64,000 nucleotides of DNA from Proteromonas lacertae (Eukaryota): NCBI GenBank assembly GCA_002245135.1, contig NGBS01000334.1:1-64000 (forward strand), given 5' to 3'. The notes under the pieces are model-generated. The model searched no databases, had not been told where the DNA came from, and saw only the letters and a program-made list of their open reading frames with translations. A program made the translations under genes and the position numbers. This document shows positions 28,601 to 45,167 of the stretch, in pieces. Each line of letters starts with the position of its first letter. The first letter of the stretch is position 1.

Positions 28601-31600
28601 TGAGAAATTATCACCACTTTTAGTTCCATATGAATTATTATCAGATGAAGAGAAATTATCTTCACAATTAAATGGAATTGAAACTATTAAAGGTATTTGT
28701 ATGTTAGGATATAATATTGTTTATAATGGAGATGAAGAAGCTCAACTGACAATGAATTCATTATTCAAAGGTGATGAGTATGCGTCATTAAAAGAGAATA
28801 TGGCAAGAATGGAGGAGGTAAGACATGATTTCTTTAATTTATATTTATTAAGAGCTTGTAGAAATGATCAAGTTGATATTATACCGAATTTGGTTCAAAG
28901 TGAACAGCAAGTAATTGCGAATATAAATATTCAAGATTCTTATGGACAAACTCCGTTATATGTTGCTGTAAAGAGAGGCAATTATTCTACAGTTGAATTA
29001 TTGTTGAAATTACATGCGAATATATTCATAAATGATAAAAATGGAATGACTCCTTTGATGTTAGCTGCATTCTTAGGAAATTATAAAATATGTGAATTGT
29101 TACTTCAAAATAATGCGAAAATATTTGCTAGAGATATAAATGGATTTACTGCAATGTATATATATATATAATTTATATTTTATTTATAATAGTCATCATG
29201 CTTGTGCAAATGGTCATTCAAAAGTATTAGAACTGTTATTATCAGAAAAGTATGTAGATATTAACTACTTATGTACAATCAAAGAAGAAGATAAATGGAA
29301 AGGAAAATTCAAAAAGAAACAGAATATTTCACCTTCCAATTCATCAAAAGTTTTACCCTTAGAGAATGATGAAGATACTTCCAAATTCAACAAAACCATT
29401 AAAAATCAAGAAACAATTGCTGAACTTCCAGTAGATTCTACTCCAGCAACTATTACACCAACATCTACTATAAATAAAGATAAAAATAAAGATAATAAGA
29501 ATAATGAACCATGCTCTACTTCATTTATGCAATCTACATCTCAATACCAATCAACTTTTTCATCTAATCAACCGATTAGTAATAATAAAGTGTCTATAAA
29601 AATAAATAAATCTTTAGATGGTTCTAGACCAAATACTCCTTCAAAATTGAATATTCTAAAGAAATCTAATTTTCCACAATTGCTAATACAAAACCAAACT
29701 AATAATCAAAGCAATCAAAGTAATAACAACAATAATAATCAAATATCTCAATCTTTGACACGTATTCCAGAATTATCATTTCCAGAAACTGATAATCCAG
29801 CAATTGATTCAACAGCAACTCTTAAAAAGAGCCACAAGAGAAGTTTATTAAACAAATTATCAGCAATTGAAGGATTCAAATCAGCAGGAACAGGAGGAGA
29901 TAGTTTGAAAACAACTCGAACAGCAAGATTAAAGCGAAGATCATCAATCATGAATTCACCTTCTTCTCCACAAACCAATTCTCCAGCAAGAATATTGAAA
30001 TCACCAACTGCCGAACTAATGACAAGTAGGAAACTAGCTAATACAAGTGATAATTTATTCTTATCATCCAATCCAGTGATTAATACTCCATTATGTTTAT
30101 ATAACCCACTGAATTTAGCAGTAAAAGCTTCTAGAAGAGAAGTTATAAAAGTATTACTAGATCATGAAGCAAATCCAAATATCAGAGATGGAACAGGCAT
30201 TTCTCCATATAATAGAGCTTTAATGAAAAGAGCAGCAGCTGCAATATATGAAAGAGATAAAATAGAGAATGAAGAAAGACAATTCAGAGAGATGTTGGGA
30301 GATACAAGCAAAGCAACTGCTATAAAGAGATTCTTAAAGAAATATTGTTGTTGTTGTTTTAAACGATGTGTGAATGAATCGAATGAACTTGAAAAGGAAG
30401 AGAAATCGATGAAAGAAAGTTCAAAATCGATTTTACTAGATGAAGAAGCTTCATTAAAAGCACCAAATCCTCAACATAAACAAGAGAGTAAAATGAAAAT
30501 AAGAGATAAGTGGATTTCTACATTATCAAAACCAATTAAAGAAAGAAAAGATGATAGACAGATTGCTAATATGCAATTAGCTTCTAAAGTCGTTGATGAT
30601 TTAGCAACAAGTGAAAATGTACAACAAAGAAGATCTAGATTTGGTTTATGGCAATTCTTTAAAGAAGGTATTATATTTTTAGGACTTTACATTTTGTTAT
30701 TATCATTTACATCAGCATTCTTTGATTATGGAACACAAAATGTATAGTCATTTATTTATTTATTTATTTATTTATTAGGAATTATCATTTGTTCAAATAA
30801 CTGATCAAGATTTAAAAGACAGTGGTTTTACTGATATATTTTCATTTGATGACTATAATAATTGGGTTATTACATATCTTTTTAATCCATCTGGAAATGG
30901 ATTAATACAACCGCCATTATATCCAAGTATTTAATATTATTTATATTTATAATGGAATAGATACAGCAGCTGTTTATCATGAGAATAATTACGTATTTGG
31001 AGCAGCAAGACTATCAACTATTGAATATAAGAAAGTAGTTTGTAAATCAACAGAATATTTAGATTTAAGTAATTTACACTATGCTTGTTACAAAGATAAT
31101 GATGATGAAAGTGCTCCAGTAGATATTCCATTGACTGATCTATCATTAGCAAGAACAAAATATGAATCATTATTGAGTAATGGATTAATCACTCATGACA
31201 CAAAATCAATCTCATTTTATATAAATATGTTCAATCCATCTACTTCAAGGTTATGTATATTAGAAATGACAATTACCAAACTACCAACAGGTGAGTATGA
31301 GAGTAAACATGAAGCAAAGACAACTAGATTTGGTGATGATCGATTTTCTCCATCAAGATCATTTGAAATTGTTATTGGATTAGAAATTGCTGTTGAATTA
31401 TACTTCAAAGTGAAATATATCATCCAGAGTAAAGGAATTGGTGAACAATTCAGTGATAATTGGCTTATATATGAATGGTTATTGTTAATTGGTCTATTTA
31501 TTTTATTATTATTAGATTTGATTGTGTATGCTCAAGTATCAACTGATTCAATTCAATTTACTGCTGATACATACACTGATTTTTCACATTCAATGGATTT

Positions 31601-32554
31601 GATTAAAGGAGAATTAGATTTAACTTCAATTATTACATTTTTATTTGGTTTAAGATTTATTAAATATCTTCGATTAATCCCAGTATGGGGACCTATGGTG
31701 TTGGCTGTGATTCAATCAATTAGTGCAAGAGATGTGCTTTTATATATTTTTGTGTTCTTTTTAATGATGATTATTTTATGCTTTTCTTATGATGTTTCAT
31801 TTGGAGTGGAAGTGGAAGTATTTTCTCAATTAATTACTTCATTCTTTGAACTTTTCTGCTCTTCATTTAATCAAGAATATAGCAGAACTTATGATTTAGA
31901 TAAAAGACCATTATTTACTATATATTTTGTTATTTATGTGTTATTATCATTAATTCTAGTGAACTTATTTGTAGGTATTATTTCAGATGTATATTTATGA
32001 TTTTATTTTATTTTTTTATTTAAAATAGATTTATCCCAAAGTTAGAGAAGAATCTGAAATCACATGGACAATTCTTATGGCAGAGTATATGACAGACAAT
32101 GTCGTTTCAGATCAAAAATTAGAAGGAGGAAATACAATTAGAAGACCATCAATCATATTTGAATTATTAGAGGAAGATCATTGGGGCAATTTGATGGAAG
32201 GAAGAGATGGAATAATCTATTGGACGCCTAATGGACTTTATAGTCCTGAAAAGGAGAAGAAAAAGAGAAAGAAGGTTGAGAATAAAGACAATAAAGATGA
32301 TAATAATGGACCAGAACTGAATGAGACTGCTGATATGATTTTGAAGGAAGTGAATAGATTGAAAGCTAATTTTACTATTCAACATGAAGCTATTGATGGA
32401 TTAAATGATAAAGTATATTACTCTCTGTGTATATTTCAAATAGATTGCGAAAATCTTCGAGTTGCTCCAAGAAGTCAATGAAAATAGTAAGAAATCAAAT
32501 GTGATAGGAGGAAATCAAACATTATTATTGAAGAGAAAGAAAACTAGAGGTTAA
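25658..32554 (+). CDS. Multidomain cation channel: nicotinamidase-like, ankyrin, UBR-type Zn finger, two RyR repeats, ankyrin, polycystin (PKD/TRPP) channel
   Basis: IIDVQNDYF...CVAGTYGAEFH; ankyrins GDTPL, GQTPL, GMTPL; YRCVTC..ICNICRLKCHNGH..CFC; two LAxNSHExW..GWxY..PLLxP RyR repeats; FIKYLRL...LILVNLFVGIISD. Joined across short introns. Confidence 0.85.
26817..26882. repeat. Intronic (AT)n microsatellites (similar runs at 16915-16940 and 20628-20646)
   Basis: Direct reading of TATATA runs inside short introns. Confidence 0.8.
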
Positions 32555-32717
32555 AATTGTTGATACTGAATGAATGTTTATTATTTGCAATTTAATTTAT
32601 TTTTTGTTAAACAATTAGTATAATATTATGAAATGTTGAATAATAGTAATAGAAGAAAATATAACATAAAAATAAAAAGATCCGTTACATAAAATATAAA
32701 ATCACTTATAAAATCTT

Positions 32718-35700
32718 CTATATTGGACGATCTGCATTAGGTCCTCTCATTCTATGACGTATTATATCAAATACAGAGTTTCCATCCTTATTTTTCTTTG
32801 ATTTATCTTCTTTCTTTAATTTCTTCATGACTAAAGTAGGAGCAAGTCTAAGAGCTTCTGCAGAATAATGTATTTTAAATGAATGGAACACCCCTGAAAA
32901 TGTTGATAAATTCCTAGACATTGACAATTGGTTCAAATAAGCATTCCAAGAATCTAAACTAAACTTTGAAGTATCAACAGATATTACAGTTTTCAAATCT
33001 CCTATTCTCAAATAATTAATAAACGCCAAATTACCTTCTAACTCAGTATTATCCTTACAAACAGTATGAGCAAAATTACCACAATCACTACACTGCCATT
33101 CAACATTTCTCATACCATTTACTATCTTATTACAAATACAACAGGGAGTTTCAACATTACCAGGATCTTTCTTCAATACAAATGTATGTATATGAGAAGA
33201 TTGTTCAGGTTTTTCATTCTCTATTTCTTTATCATTATCAACAGGGAAAAAATAATCATGTAACAATCTAAATAGATTGGATGTAACGGTAATAAAAATT
33301 CGATTTTCTGAACAAGGAAATACATTTATTTCTATATGGAAATAGATGCTTATTGGCCATTGTTCTACACTTACTGGAGTGGCTGTTTCTGTTCTGATTG
33401 CTAACATTGGTGATTTTAATGCAATTTTATCAACTATTTTTGGAGCTACAATTTTCTTAAAATTTGTATTTTCTTTCACTTTCATTGATAATTCAAATGT
33501 ACTACAGTTGATTGTTGTTAATTGAGTAATATCATTATAAGTAAATCTTGACATTTCCAAATTATTGAATGTGAAAATACCAAATGTTTCACCAGTTGTT
33601 GTATTTTTCATATTCCATTTCCCTCCATTAATAATTATATGCATAATATAAGTGACATATTTCTCATCTCTATATTCTTTCATAATTGAATCTATATTCT
33701 CTAATAAGTGTTGTATGGTTTGTTTTCCTAATCTACTAGCTCCAGGTTTATGTGGTAAAGGTAATGAGGTATTATTGGTGAAAGAAAATAAAATCACATT
33801 CTGTACAGCATCTAATGTTTCTGAGAATTGTAAAGCATTTGCACTGAAATCAATGGAAGGACAATTGGCTGTGAATTTGTTAATTTCATCTGAATCAATG
33901 ATAGGATCCATATGATTGACAGATTGTGGTGGTTTTGGATTAAATATCATTGTAACATCAAATACTGAATGATTTACTAATTGAGCTGGTGTTCCTCTAT
34001 CAGATTCTTTCACCCAAACTATTTTGTTTGTATAGTCATGAGGAAATATGAATAACTGAACATCATCTAAATGTATGGATGTTTTACTGATCTCTTGTTG
34101 TTGTTCACCTAAATGAGAAGATCTTACCATCGTTACTTGATCTCCAGTAATAACAACACTTGTATAATTACTATCCATCGACATACAGTTTAACTGCATT
34201 TGAGTTAATATACAAACCATTGAAATATGTGAAGAAGGTAATTCTAACTTCTTATGTTTCACTCCAATCATTCTAAAGTATGATTCATCTATATCCATCC
34301 ATGGTTCATAATCATCATCATCTTCATGATGGTTATAAGTTGAAGATGACAATATATCTGCTTGATTGGCTAAACTACTTAATAAATGCTGTTGAGTTTG
34401 GAATTTACTGTTTATTAATATTGAATTATCTGTTATTGGATTGGTTGGTGGGAATAATATACTCATTATATCATCTTTTACTTTAAATACAAATCTCTTT
34501 ATTGGAACAGTCCATAAGAATTTCAATTTATCAACTACAACATAAGGTGGATTACTATCAGCCAAAGCTTTTTCTTCTAATTTTACATATCGTATATAAT
34601 CTTGGTACTTTGTTTCTTCTTTTCCCATTAATAATATCAACTTCTCTATTTTACAAATGAATGTATCGTTATTTCTTATAGCTTCAAATGGATGTCTTTT
34701 TATCTTTGGTTTTATCATTCTATTCCATTTGTCAATTCTTATTTCATCAATTTCTAAACATAATGATTGTATTTGATACACACTATCACATCCAAATATT
34801 GGATAAGTTAAATCAGGTGTTAATATTTTCTTATGTGCTAATAATCTCAATTGAAATTTCTTTCCTTCTGGTACACATGCTTCTGTACTATCATTTACTA
34901 GCCACCAAACTAATAATGGATTTTCTGAACCTAATATCACTTCAACATCTGTAGTTAATGTTCCCAATGATATTGAAGTTCCTGGAGTGTTGATAATCTT
35001 CATAATAAATGATTTAATCCACACAACATAATCTATCCATTGTAAATACAACTCTAAACTATGTGTTCTTGATAATGAATCTGGTTTTCTTGAATATATA
35101 TCAATTGACCATTTGATGGCTAAAGATCTGAAATTGTTGAATTTATCTGTACTTTCTGGTAGTTTTAAGAATATATGATGATTCTCTGAATCTCCATAAC
35201 AAGTCCAACCAATTGTTAAAGTAATAGCAACATGTGTTGCTGATAAAAATATCTTTGATTCTCTTTCTAATCCATTAATTGCTGCAATAACACCATCAAA
35301 TTCAATTAAAAAGACTTTTGGTTCTGCACATTCTAATGACATATTTGTTAAGATTATTTTCAAATAATTATCGTCATATGGATTAGCATTATACCAACAG
35401 AATATTAAATTGTTATGTACATTTACTCCCATCTTTCCATGTAGCATATATCTCATTTTATCCCACCAAGGAAGTTTAGGTGACTTTGTATCTAATGAAT
35501 TTGGTGTAAATCTTCCAAATACATCACTTAATACAGCTAATGTTGGAGCTAAACAATTACCATAACTTACATCTAACGTAAAACTATTCAAGTCAAAATC
35601 AAAATACAATTTTGTTGATTCTAATGATCTTAATATTGGAGTTGGGATTCTATTATAATAAATATCACTGGACAAAGCAGATTCACATCTCACAATAGCT

Positions 35701-38700
35701 TCTGGAACAATAGCAACATCACCAATTGAAAAAAATCCAGATATTTCAACATTAGATAATTCTATTAATGGCATTGGAAAATCTCTTAAAAATACAGAGA
35801 ATTGAAAACCAGTTAAAGTTTCAATTGTTATACCATAAACATCACCATAACCTCCATTGTATAAAGGTTTATTTTCTTCAGCACAACTATCTAACTGAGT
35901 AATTCTATCTATTAAATAAACTCGACTATGTTCTTCAGGATTCCAATATGCTAATAAGTATAATGTATCTCCTACAATTGAACATAATCTGTTTGTATTA
36001 TTGATATTTGTAACTGTTGCTTCTTTATCATTGATTATAAATTCAAAATGACCACATGTCATTTCTAAGATATATGATTTTGAATAATCAATTTTATTGA
36101 TCTTTTCCATGTTGTTATGTTCTTCTAAATCATTACCAGCATATTTGAATGTATAAGCTATAAAAAATATAATTAATATATATACGATGGCCTTTCATTA
36201 AAGTTTTAAAACATTTATATTGTTCCAAACAATCTCCAATTATTTCACCAAAATTAGAATCATGTTCATATAAGAAGAACAAATCTCTAGTTGAAACTAT
36301 CACATGTGGAAGTAATAAAAGATTAGTCGTATGAATTGGTATATAATTCACTGGAATTATATATTGAATACTTCCAAATGGTAAAGCAAAGAACGGATAC
36401 TGTTGTCCTGAGATAAAATAAGAAAAGTTTTGCATTTCCAAGTAGAAAACATGATGATTATCTATTATATTGTATTGAATTACTCCATATTCATTCGTAA
36501 AGAAGAAATAAGTATGATCGAAATTTAAAAATAACTGTAATGTGTCTATAGTTAATTGGAAATGATGAAATGGAATAAAACTTAATACTGTTACTCTTGG
36601 CGGTTTGTCATTCTTTGAACTCTCATCATTAACTTTATCTTTATTTGTCTCTTTTGGAACAACTCTTTTAATCATATCAACTAAACTCAAAGCATAATGG
36701 ATTAAAGTGTAAATAATACCAAAATTGATATGTAATTCAGGCTTTTGAATTGCTATAGACAGTTGATCTGTTTTTGTCACATGAATTGTATTAATATAAA
36801 GTATTGGAGGTGAAACATCAATTGCACTATTTACAGTAAGTGTTTGAATATCAACAGATAATGATGAAGAATGTGAGACAATACATTCAATTGATTCAAT
36901 TGAAATAAACATATTATCATTACTAGTATATAAACCATTTAATTGAAGATTTAATGATTGTAAATTCACTGATATACTCAAAGTTAATTTCTTTTTCTTT
37001 GGTTTTGGTGGAGTTGGAGGTGGGATTAAACCATTTGGAGGAGGAATTAATGGATTTTGCATTGAAGGAACTGAAGTTGAATATGATCTATAAGAATTAA
37101 CTTGAGGATGTTGTTGATTAGGTTGCGATTCTTTATTCTTCTTTGGAAAAAGAGATTTTAAATTATTAACAAAATACAATACATCTGAAGTAATATTCAA
37201 TAAATGATCTAATTCAGCTTGATTGAAATAAGAATAAACGGTTCTAAATCCAAATTCAACATCCATTGAATCAGCTATATTCATTATTTGTTTATAACTC
37301 TTTTTATGATGAATATAATTGACATTCAACATAATATCAGGTAAATAAAGTAATCTTCCCATTATATATTTATCTTCATATCCTTCCAACATGCTTGCAG
37401 TTAAAACATCTAAAATTATATATTCACAAGCAACATAACAATTCACATTCAATGTATTTAAACTACTAAAATATAAATTATTTTCGCTATCTTTTGGATC
37501 AGTGGTTTTATCCTCTTCTTTATCACTATCTTCTCCACTACTATTATTGCTATTAATAACAATTACATCACTTTTACTATCTTTTGTTTTATCATCTCCA
37601 TAATAACTAACTGGAGGAATAGATAATGAAACATTTTGAACTTTTAATTTACAATCTGCTACAGTTGAAGTTAAGTCTTTAGCAATATCAATAATCAATG
37701 AACCAAGAGAAAATTGAATAATAAACTTAGTGGAATAAATAATACCAAATATATCTAAATCATTCTTTTGAACAACTTCAACTGATGGTAAAAAAGGAGG
37801 TAATGGAGGTGGAGGAGGTGGAGGTAATGGTGGAAGAGGTAAATTATTGGACGAATTATTCATAAATGGATTTCTTGTTGAATTCATTGGATATTGATTT
37901 GTTACAGCTACAGATCTACGTCTTTCAATCTTCTTTTTCTTATTAAATCTTTTGGCTTGAGCTTGAACCATTTCTATAATATGGCAAACTGTTTCACCAA
38001 ATCTTTTCGTAAAAATACAGTGTATATAATCTAAAGACGCTGTACAAATTGAATTGGTAATAAAATCTTGTAAAAATGTCATTAACAATGGAGGAGGATT
38101 TTCTTGAAACTTCTTTGTTGAAACGAATGAGAATAAATACGAAAACATAAACCCTCGAATTGTGATATTTTGATTTACAACAAATTCATTCAATTGAAAT
38201 TCAATTTTCATCTTTCCATCATCACTTCCATATTCATTATTATAATCTAAATTAGTATATAAAGAACCACGAAATGATATAGGAAATGTAATATTTGGAG
38301 TGACAAAATTGACAGTCAAATTACCAAATGTGATACTAACATCGGGAATTTGTCTAAATATCTTTGAAAAAGTTTCATAAAACTGTGGAGGAGGTGCAAT
38401 TAAATCTTCTTTCTTTGAAATTGATAATTTCTTTAGTTTTTTCATCTTTTTCTATTGTATTAATATCTTCTATTGTATCTTCAACTATTTTCATCAGTTT
38501 CATCAGTTTCATTATATGCATTAGATACAGAAGATAAATCTTTCTTTTGAAACACATAAATTAACCTTAATAGTTGTGAAGAAAATGAAAATTGAAAATC
38601 TTCACCAAAATCTAAAGTAACATATTCAGCAAACCTTCTCAACATATTATACGATGATCCAAGAATGAAATTAATAGATGGAATATATAAATCAGCTTTA

Positions 38701-39398
38701 TTATTAATATTTCCACTATAGATATTCTCTCTACTGTAAACGGAAAACTTGTTCAGTGAAATTTTATAATCAGTATTTCTCCATTTTCTATTCACACTAC
38801 AAATGAATGAAAATGATTCTAATGATAATTTAAATGCTATAATATCACATAGACCATAGAATTCAACTGATACGTTTATTACTTTTAATGAAAAACATCT
38901 TAAGATTGTTTTTATAACTGCAGAAATGAGGTTTGTTTTTAATATTGCTTTGTTTATTTTTTTAACTGCTACATCATCAGACATTACATTTGGTGTGATT
39001 TTATTCTTTTTATTTTGTACGTTTTTTACATAGTGAGGATCTTTTTCATGGATTTCTATATGGATTCCTTCGATTTGAATTGGGATTGGGAATATCTGAT
39101 AATTTGGGAATAAATATATATTATCTATGTGTAAATTAAATAAAAATGATTTTAATGACAGACGAAGGTTTAAGTCTTCCATTGATCTATGCCACAATGA
39201 AATATAACTAATAGTTAAACCAACCTTTTGAAGCATCAATGACAATATTGTTAAGAATATTTTTCTGGTAATCGATAGAGTGAAGAATAGTGAGAAATAT
39301 AGCACATAACCTGGACCAAATATTCTATAAACACATATATTAATGCTTAGTGTCACAAATTGCCTTAAAATCTCCCCTATGATTGTTAAGATCTTCAT
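32718..39398 (-). CDS. Bridge-like lipid transfer protein BLTP2/Hobbit/FMP27/SABRE family
   Basis: Signature SPKLPWWDKMRYMLHGK, N-terminal TM anchor, about 2200 aa of beta-rich sequence; one intron near 36150 and indels near 38440-38480. Confidence 0.8.
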
Positions 39399-39471
39399 AG
39401 AATCAAAATAAACCCAACAATTCTATTTTAAAAATAAAAATATATTCGTTTCAACCTCATTTTTTTCTTTT

Positions 39472-41692
39472 ATGCCTAAAATCTACTCTGTTACTTCAGA
39501 TGAAGGTAATGCAAATGATGATTCAGAACCTGTTGTAGATAAAAAGAAGAATATACCTCCTCCACCACCTTTTCTACAAAACTTTACTCCAAACGTTGTT
39601 AAGCTTAATGAAAGTAATGAAAATAATATAGAAAATAACAATAATGTTGGTGTTTTATCACCGATATATCCGATGACTAATATAACAGAAATTTCACAAT
39701 CTTTTGAAGAACAGCAACCTGAAGTAATTAAAACAATAGAACCAGTTGAAAGTTATTTAGAGAATGATCATAATAATCTAGAATCCCAAAATATATCACA
39801 GAATGAAGAAAATGTCGAAAATCATCTTCCTACTTCATCTGATTCTGTAATTACCATAGAAACTCAACAAATTAGTAATATTTTCAATCAAGTAAATCAA
39901 CAAGAACCACCTCCACCAATTAATAACTCAATAGAAAATCAATCACTAGATTCATCCGATGAAATACCAATGGCTAATAGATCAAATAGTGATGATTTCA
40001 ATAACACCGAATTATTATTTGAATTATATACAACAAAGATAAAAGCGCTATTACAAAAGAAATTTCTAGTTTTAAATTCAATTGATAGTCGAGTAAAAGA
40101 ACTAGAAAAAAGAGAATTGGAATTATCAGAATTAAATGAATTAAAAGAAAAAGTAAACACTCAACAAGATGTCATATTAAAATTAACAGAAGAATTACAA
40201 ATAGAAAAAGAAGAAAGAATAAACTTAGAAAATAAATTTGAAGAGTTGAAACAAAGTATTTCTTTAATAAATGATCATAATAATAATGAAAATGAAATAC
40301 AAAAACCACGACAACAACAGCAACAAATATATTCATCAAATACAAATAATGATAATAATTTCTATTCAAAACTGAATACTCAATGGGTTAAATATTATGA
40401 TGAAGGAGTTCCCTATTATTATAATGTTGTAAATAATAAATCGATGTGGGAAATACCAACTGAAGGATTTATGGAAGAATGGACTTATAATTCGTTGTAT
40501 GAAGAATATGCAAATAATAATAATCATAATAATATTGAAAAAATAAATACAAATAATACGCTTAATTCAAATTCTAAACAATATTACTATAATAATAATA
40601 ATCAACAACAACAAAATCAAATGCAGGCTGAAGAAGAGATAAATAGTATATAATAATTATCTATTATTTTGTTAATTATAAATAGAAAAAGCTGAAAGAG
40701 TGAAAGAAGTATGGACTGAGTTCTTTACAAATGCTCTTCAAACAAAAATGAAACAAAAACTTCAACAATCTCCACCTTCAGTTGAACATAGACAAATTCA
40801 ATCAAATGGAGTTGAAGAACCACTTTTACAAACATATCATGCTTCAATAATAAATGATAATAATAATTCAACAACAACAACTACTACTGCTGCTGCTACA
40901 GATTCAACAAAACAGAATTACACAAAAGAATCATATCCAACTACAAATGAAACTGAAAAAGAAGAAATAGAAAAAGAATCAAAAGAAGCATATCATCATC
41001 AAAATACTTCAAATTATGATAAATCCTCAGCAATGATAATGGCAATAGAGAAAGGAGATGTTAATACAGTAAATGTAATAATTTATTATTTAAATTTATT
41101 TTTTCAATAGAAAATATTAGATAATAATCCCAATCCAGATATTCCAGATTCAAAACAAAGATATCCACTCTACATGGCTGTAAGTAATTGTCAATTAGAA
41201 ATCGTCAAAATATTAGTAAATGCTGGTGCAAATATTGATAGAAAGTGCATTAATGGTAGAACACCACTCCATGTAGCCGTTGGTAATAATGATTACAGTA
41301 TTGTATCATATTTGCTATCAATTGGAACAAAAGTCAATATAACTGATAATAATCAAGATACACCGCTTCACTTAGCTGCTATTAGTGGTAATTTTGAGAT
41401 TACGAAATTATTGATTAGAAAAGGAGCTGATCCAATGAAAACTAACAAATTAGGATTAACTCCATTTGAAGTATTTTTTAATACAATATTTTATGTACTA
41501 TAGTGTGCTGCACAGACAATTAGTTTATATAAGGATGTTCCTCAATCATTATATGATACAATTGACCTTCTGAAGGAAAGAACTCCAGATAAATACGATA
41601 CTGATAATGAAAGTCTTAATACAAGTGATGAAGAATCAGATAATAGTCCAGTTCAATCTCAGAAGCAGTCAAAGTGGTTTAGTTTTTGGTAA
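39472..41692 (+). CDS. Coiled-coil, WW domain and ankyrin repeat protein
   Basis: WW: WVKYYDEGVPYYYNVVNNKSMWEIP. Ankyrins YPLYMA, GRTPLHVA, DTPLHLA, GLTPF. Three short introns. Confidence 0.8.
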
Positions 41693-41821
41693 TTTTATAA
41701 TTATCATTATTTATTTAGTTATTACTCTGTTTTACAAAAAGTGTGAATTTTACAAAAATAAAATAAATAAAAATAAAAAACGGTGTTCGAAAAATCTGTT
41801 TACATTGGACGTATTATTTAA

Positions 41822-42724
41822 ATGTTGAAAAACTCATACGCTGTTGTCTTTTTCTTGCTTATAATACCTTCTATGTGTTCTATTGACTATTATGAAGTGT
41901 TAGGAATTGCAAGAGATGCTGATATTAAAGCAATAAAAAAAGCGTATCATGAGCAAGCTTTAAAGGTATATTTGATTGATTAGTAACATATAGTACCATC
42001 CTGATAAAAATCTAAACAATGAAGTAGAAGCGCAAAAGAAATTTATTGAAATTAATAATGCCTATAATGTATTGTCAGATCCAGAGAAAAGAAGAATGTA
42101 TGATCTAGTATAATTAATAGCGCTTATTATATCATTAAATAGTATGGAGAAGTTGATTTGGAAGAAGTGGAAGAGGAAGAAAATGAAAAAAGTGATAATG
42201 GTAATGATGTTGATAATAGACATAATGCAGATGGCTCATACTCTTATTCATATAACAATGACTTTGGAGATGAAGATAAAGATGATTATAATAGTTATGA
42301 TGGAGATTACTCTTCCTCAGGAAATAGTTATAATGGAAATGGTGGAACAAGGAGAAGAAGAAGTTATTACAAAAGATATTATCAAAATGATGGAAGAAAT
42401 AGTTATGAAAAGAAAGAAAAGGTGTATAACAATGTAAAAAGAAACAGTGGATATTATAATAATTATTATAATAAGTATAATAATTATAAAAATGGTCACA
42501 GTAATAATTATAAGAAGTATAATAATTACAATAATAAATATAATAATTATCAAGATGAGTATTATGCCAAACAGAAAAAATACTATACTAACAAAAACAA
42601 ATATAACAATTTTAAGAAAGGGTATAATAAGAAACAATATGGCTATAATAAGCAATCTTATGGAAATAAAGGAGGCTATAAACAATATCGTAAAACTTAC
42701 AGTAATGGAAGGAGATATTATTAA
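41822..42724 (+). CDS. Signal-peptide DnaJ protein with Asn/Tyr/Lys-rich low-complexity C-terminus
   Basis: [61 protein letters not shown] across two introns, then ORF 42158-42724. Confidence 0.85.
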
Positions 42725-43012
42725 AATGATCTTCAATGTTTGATAAATAGTAAAATTGTTCGAATTCTTAGTCACTATTACTTGAAGCAATGGAATAAAT
42801 CCAATTCATGTATAGTTCGCTAAAATATTTTGAAAGTAATCGAAATTGTTGTGTTATTACTTATAATAAAAAAATAAGTTATTGGGATGTTCTTTGCATT
42901 ATTAACTTCGCCATTTGTATATTTTGCATTCTAATATTTAAGAAAGTGATGTGTGTCTCAAAAATCGATTTTGATTGGACCACGTTTCAAAGTGTTTTTT
43001 AATCTATATTGA

Positions 43013-44786
<1,774 letters not shown>

Positions 44787-44958
44787 ATGATTATTTAATC
44801 TGTTTTTTTTTCCAAAAATTTTAAGTTTTTTAAGTTTATTATTATAATGTTTTTTTGATATTATAATATAATTCCTAATACATTTTAATATTTAGAATAA
44901 CAAATTAGTTATGTTATACATCCTCGAATGTTTTAACCTGAAATATGAATAAAGAGTC

Positions 44959-45063
44959 ATAATAATAGTAAATAAAGGTTCTGGCACACCGAGCCGCATG
45001 ACTCGGGCTACTGGCACACCAAACCAAACTTTTTAAAAATACGTGACCTATGTCATATTAGGT
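44959..45063 (+). repeat. Left TIR of the Polinton-like element
   Basis: ATAATAATAGTAAATAAAGGTTCTGGCACACC...TGTCATATTAGGT; reverse complement of 58124-58228 with 2 mismatches; contains a CTGGCACACC direct repeat. Confidence 0.95.
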
Positions 45064-45167
45064 AAATTATTATTTTTATTCTTTTTCATTTTCTTGTTTC
45101 TTTTGATTGAATATAATTAGTTAGAATTATTTGAATTGTTATCCTGATTATAATTTGCAAAAAAAAA

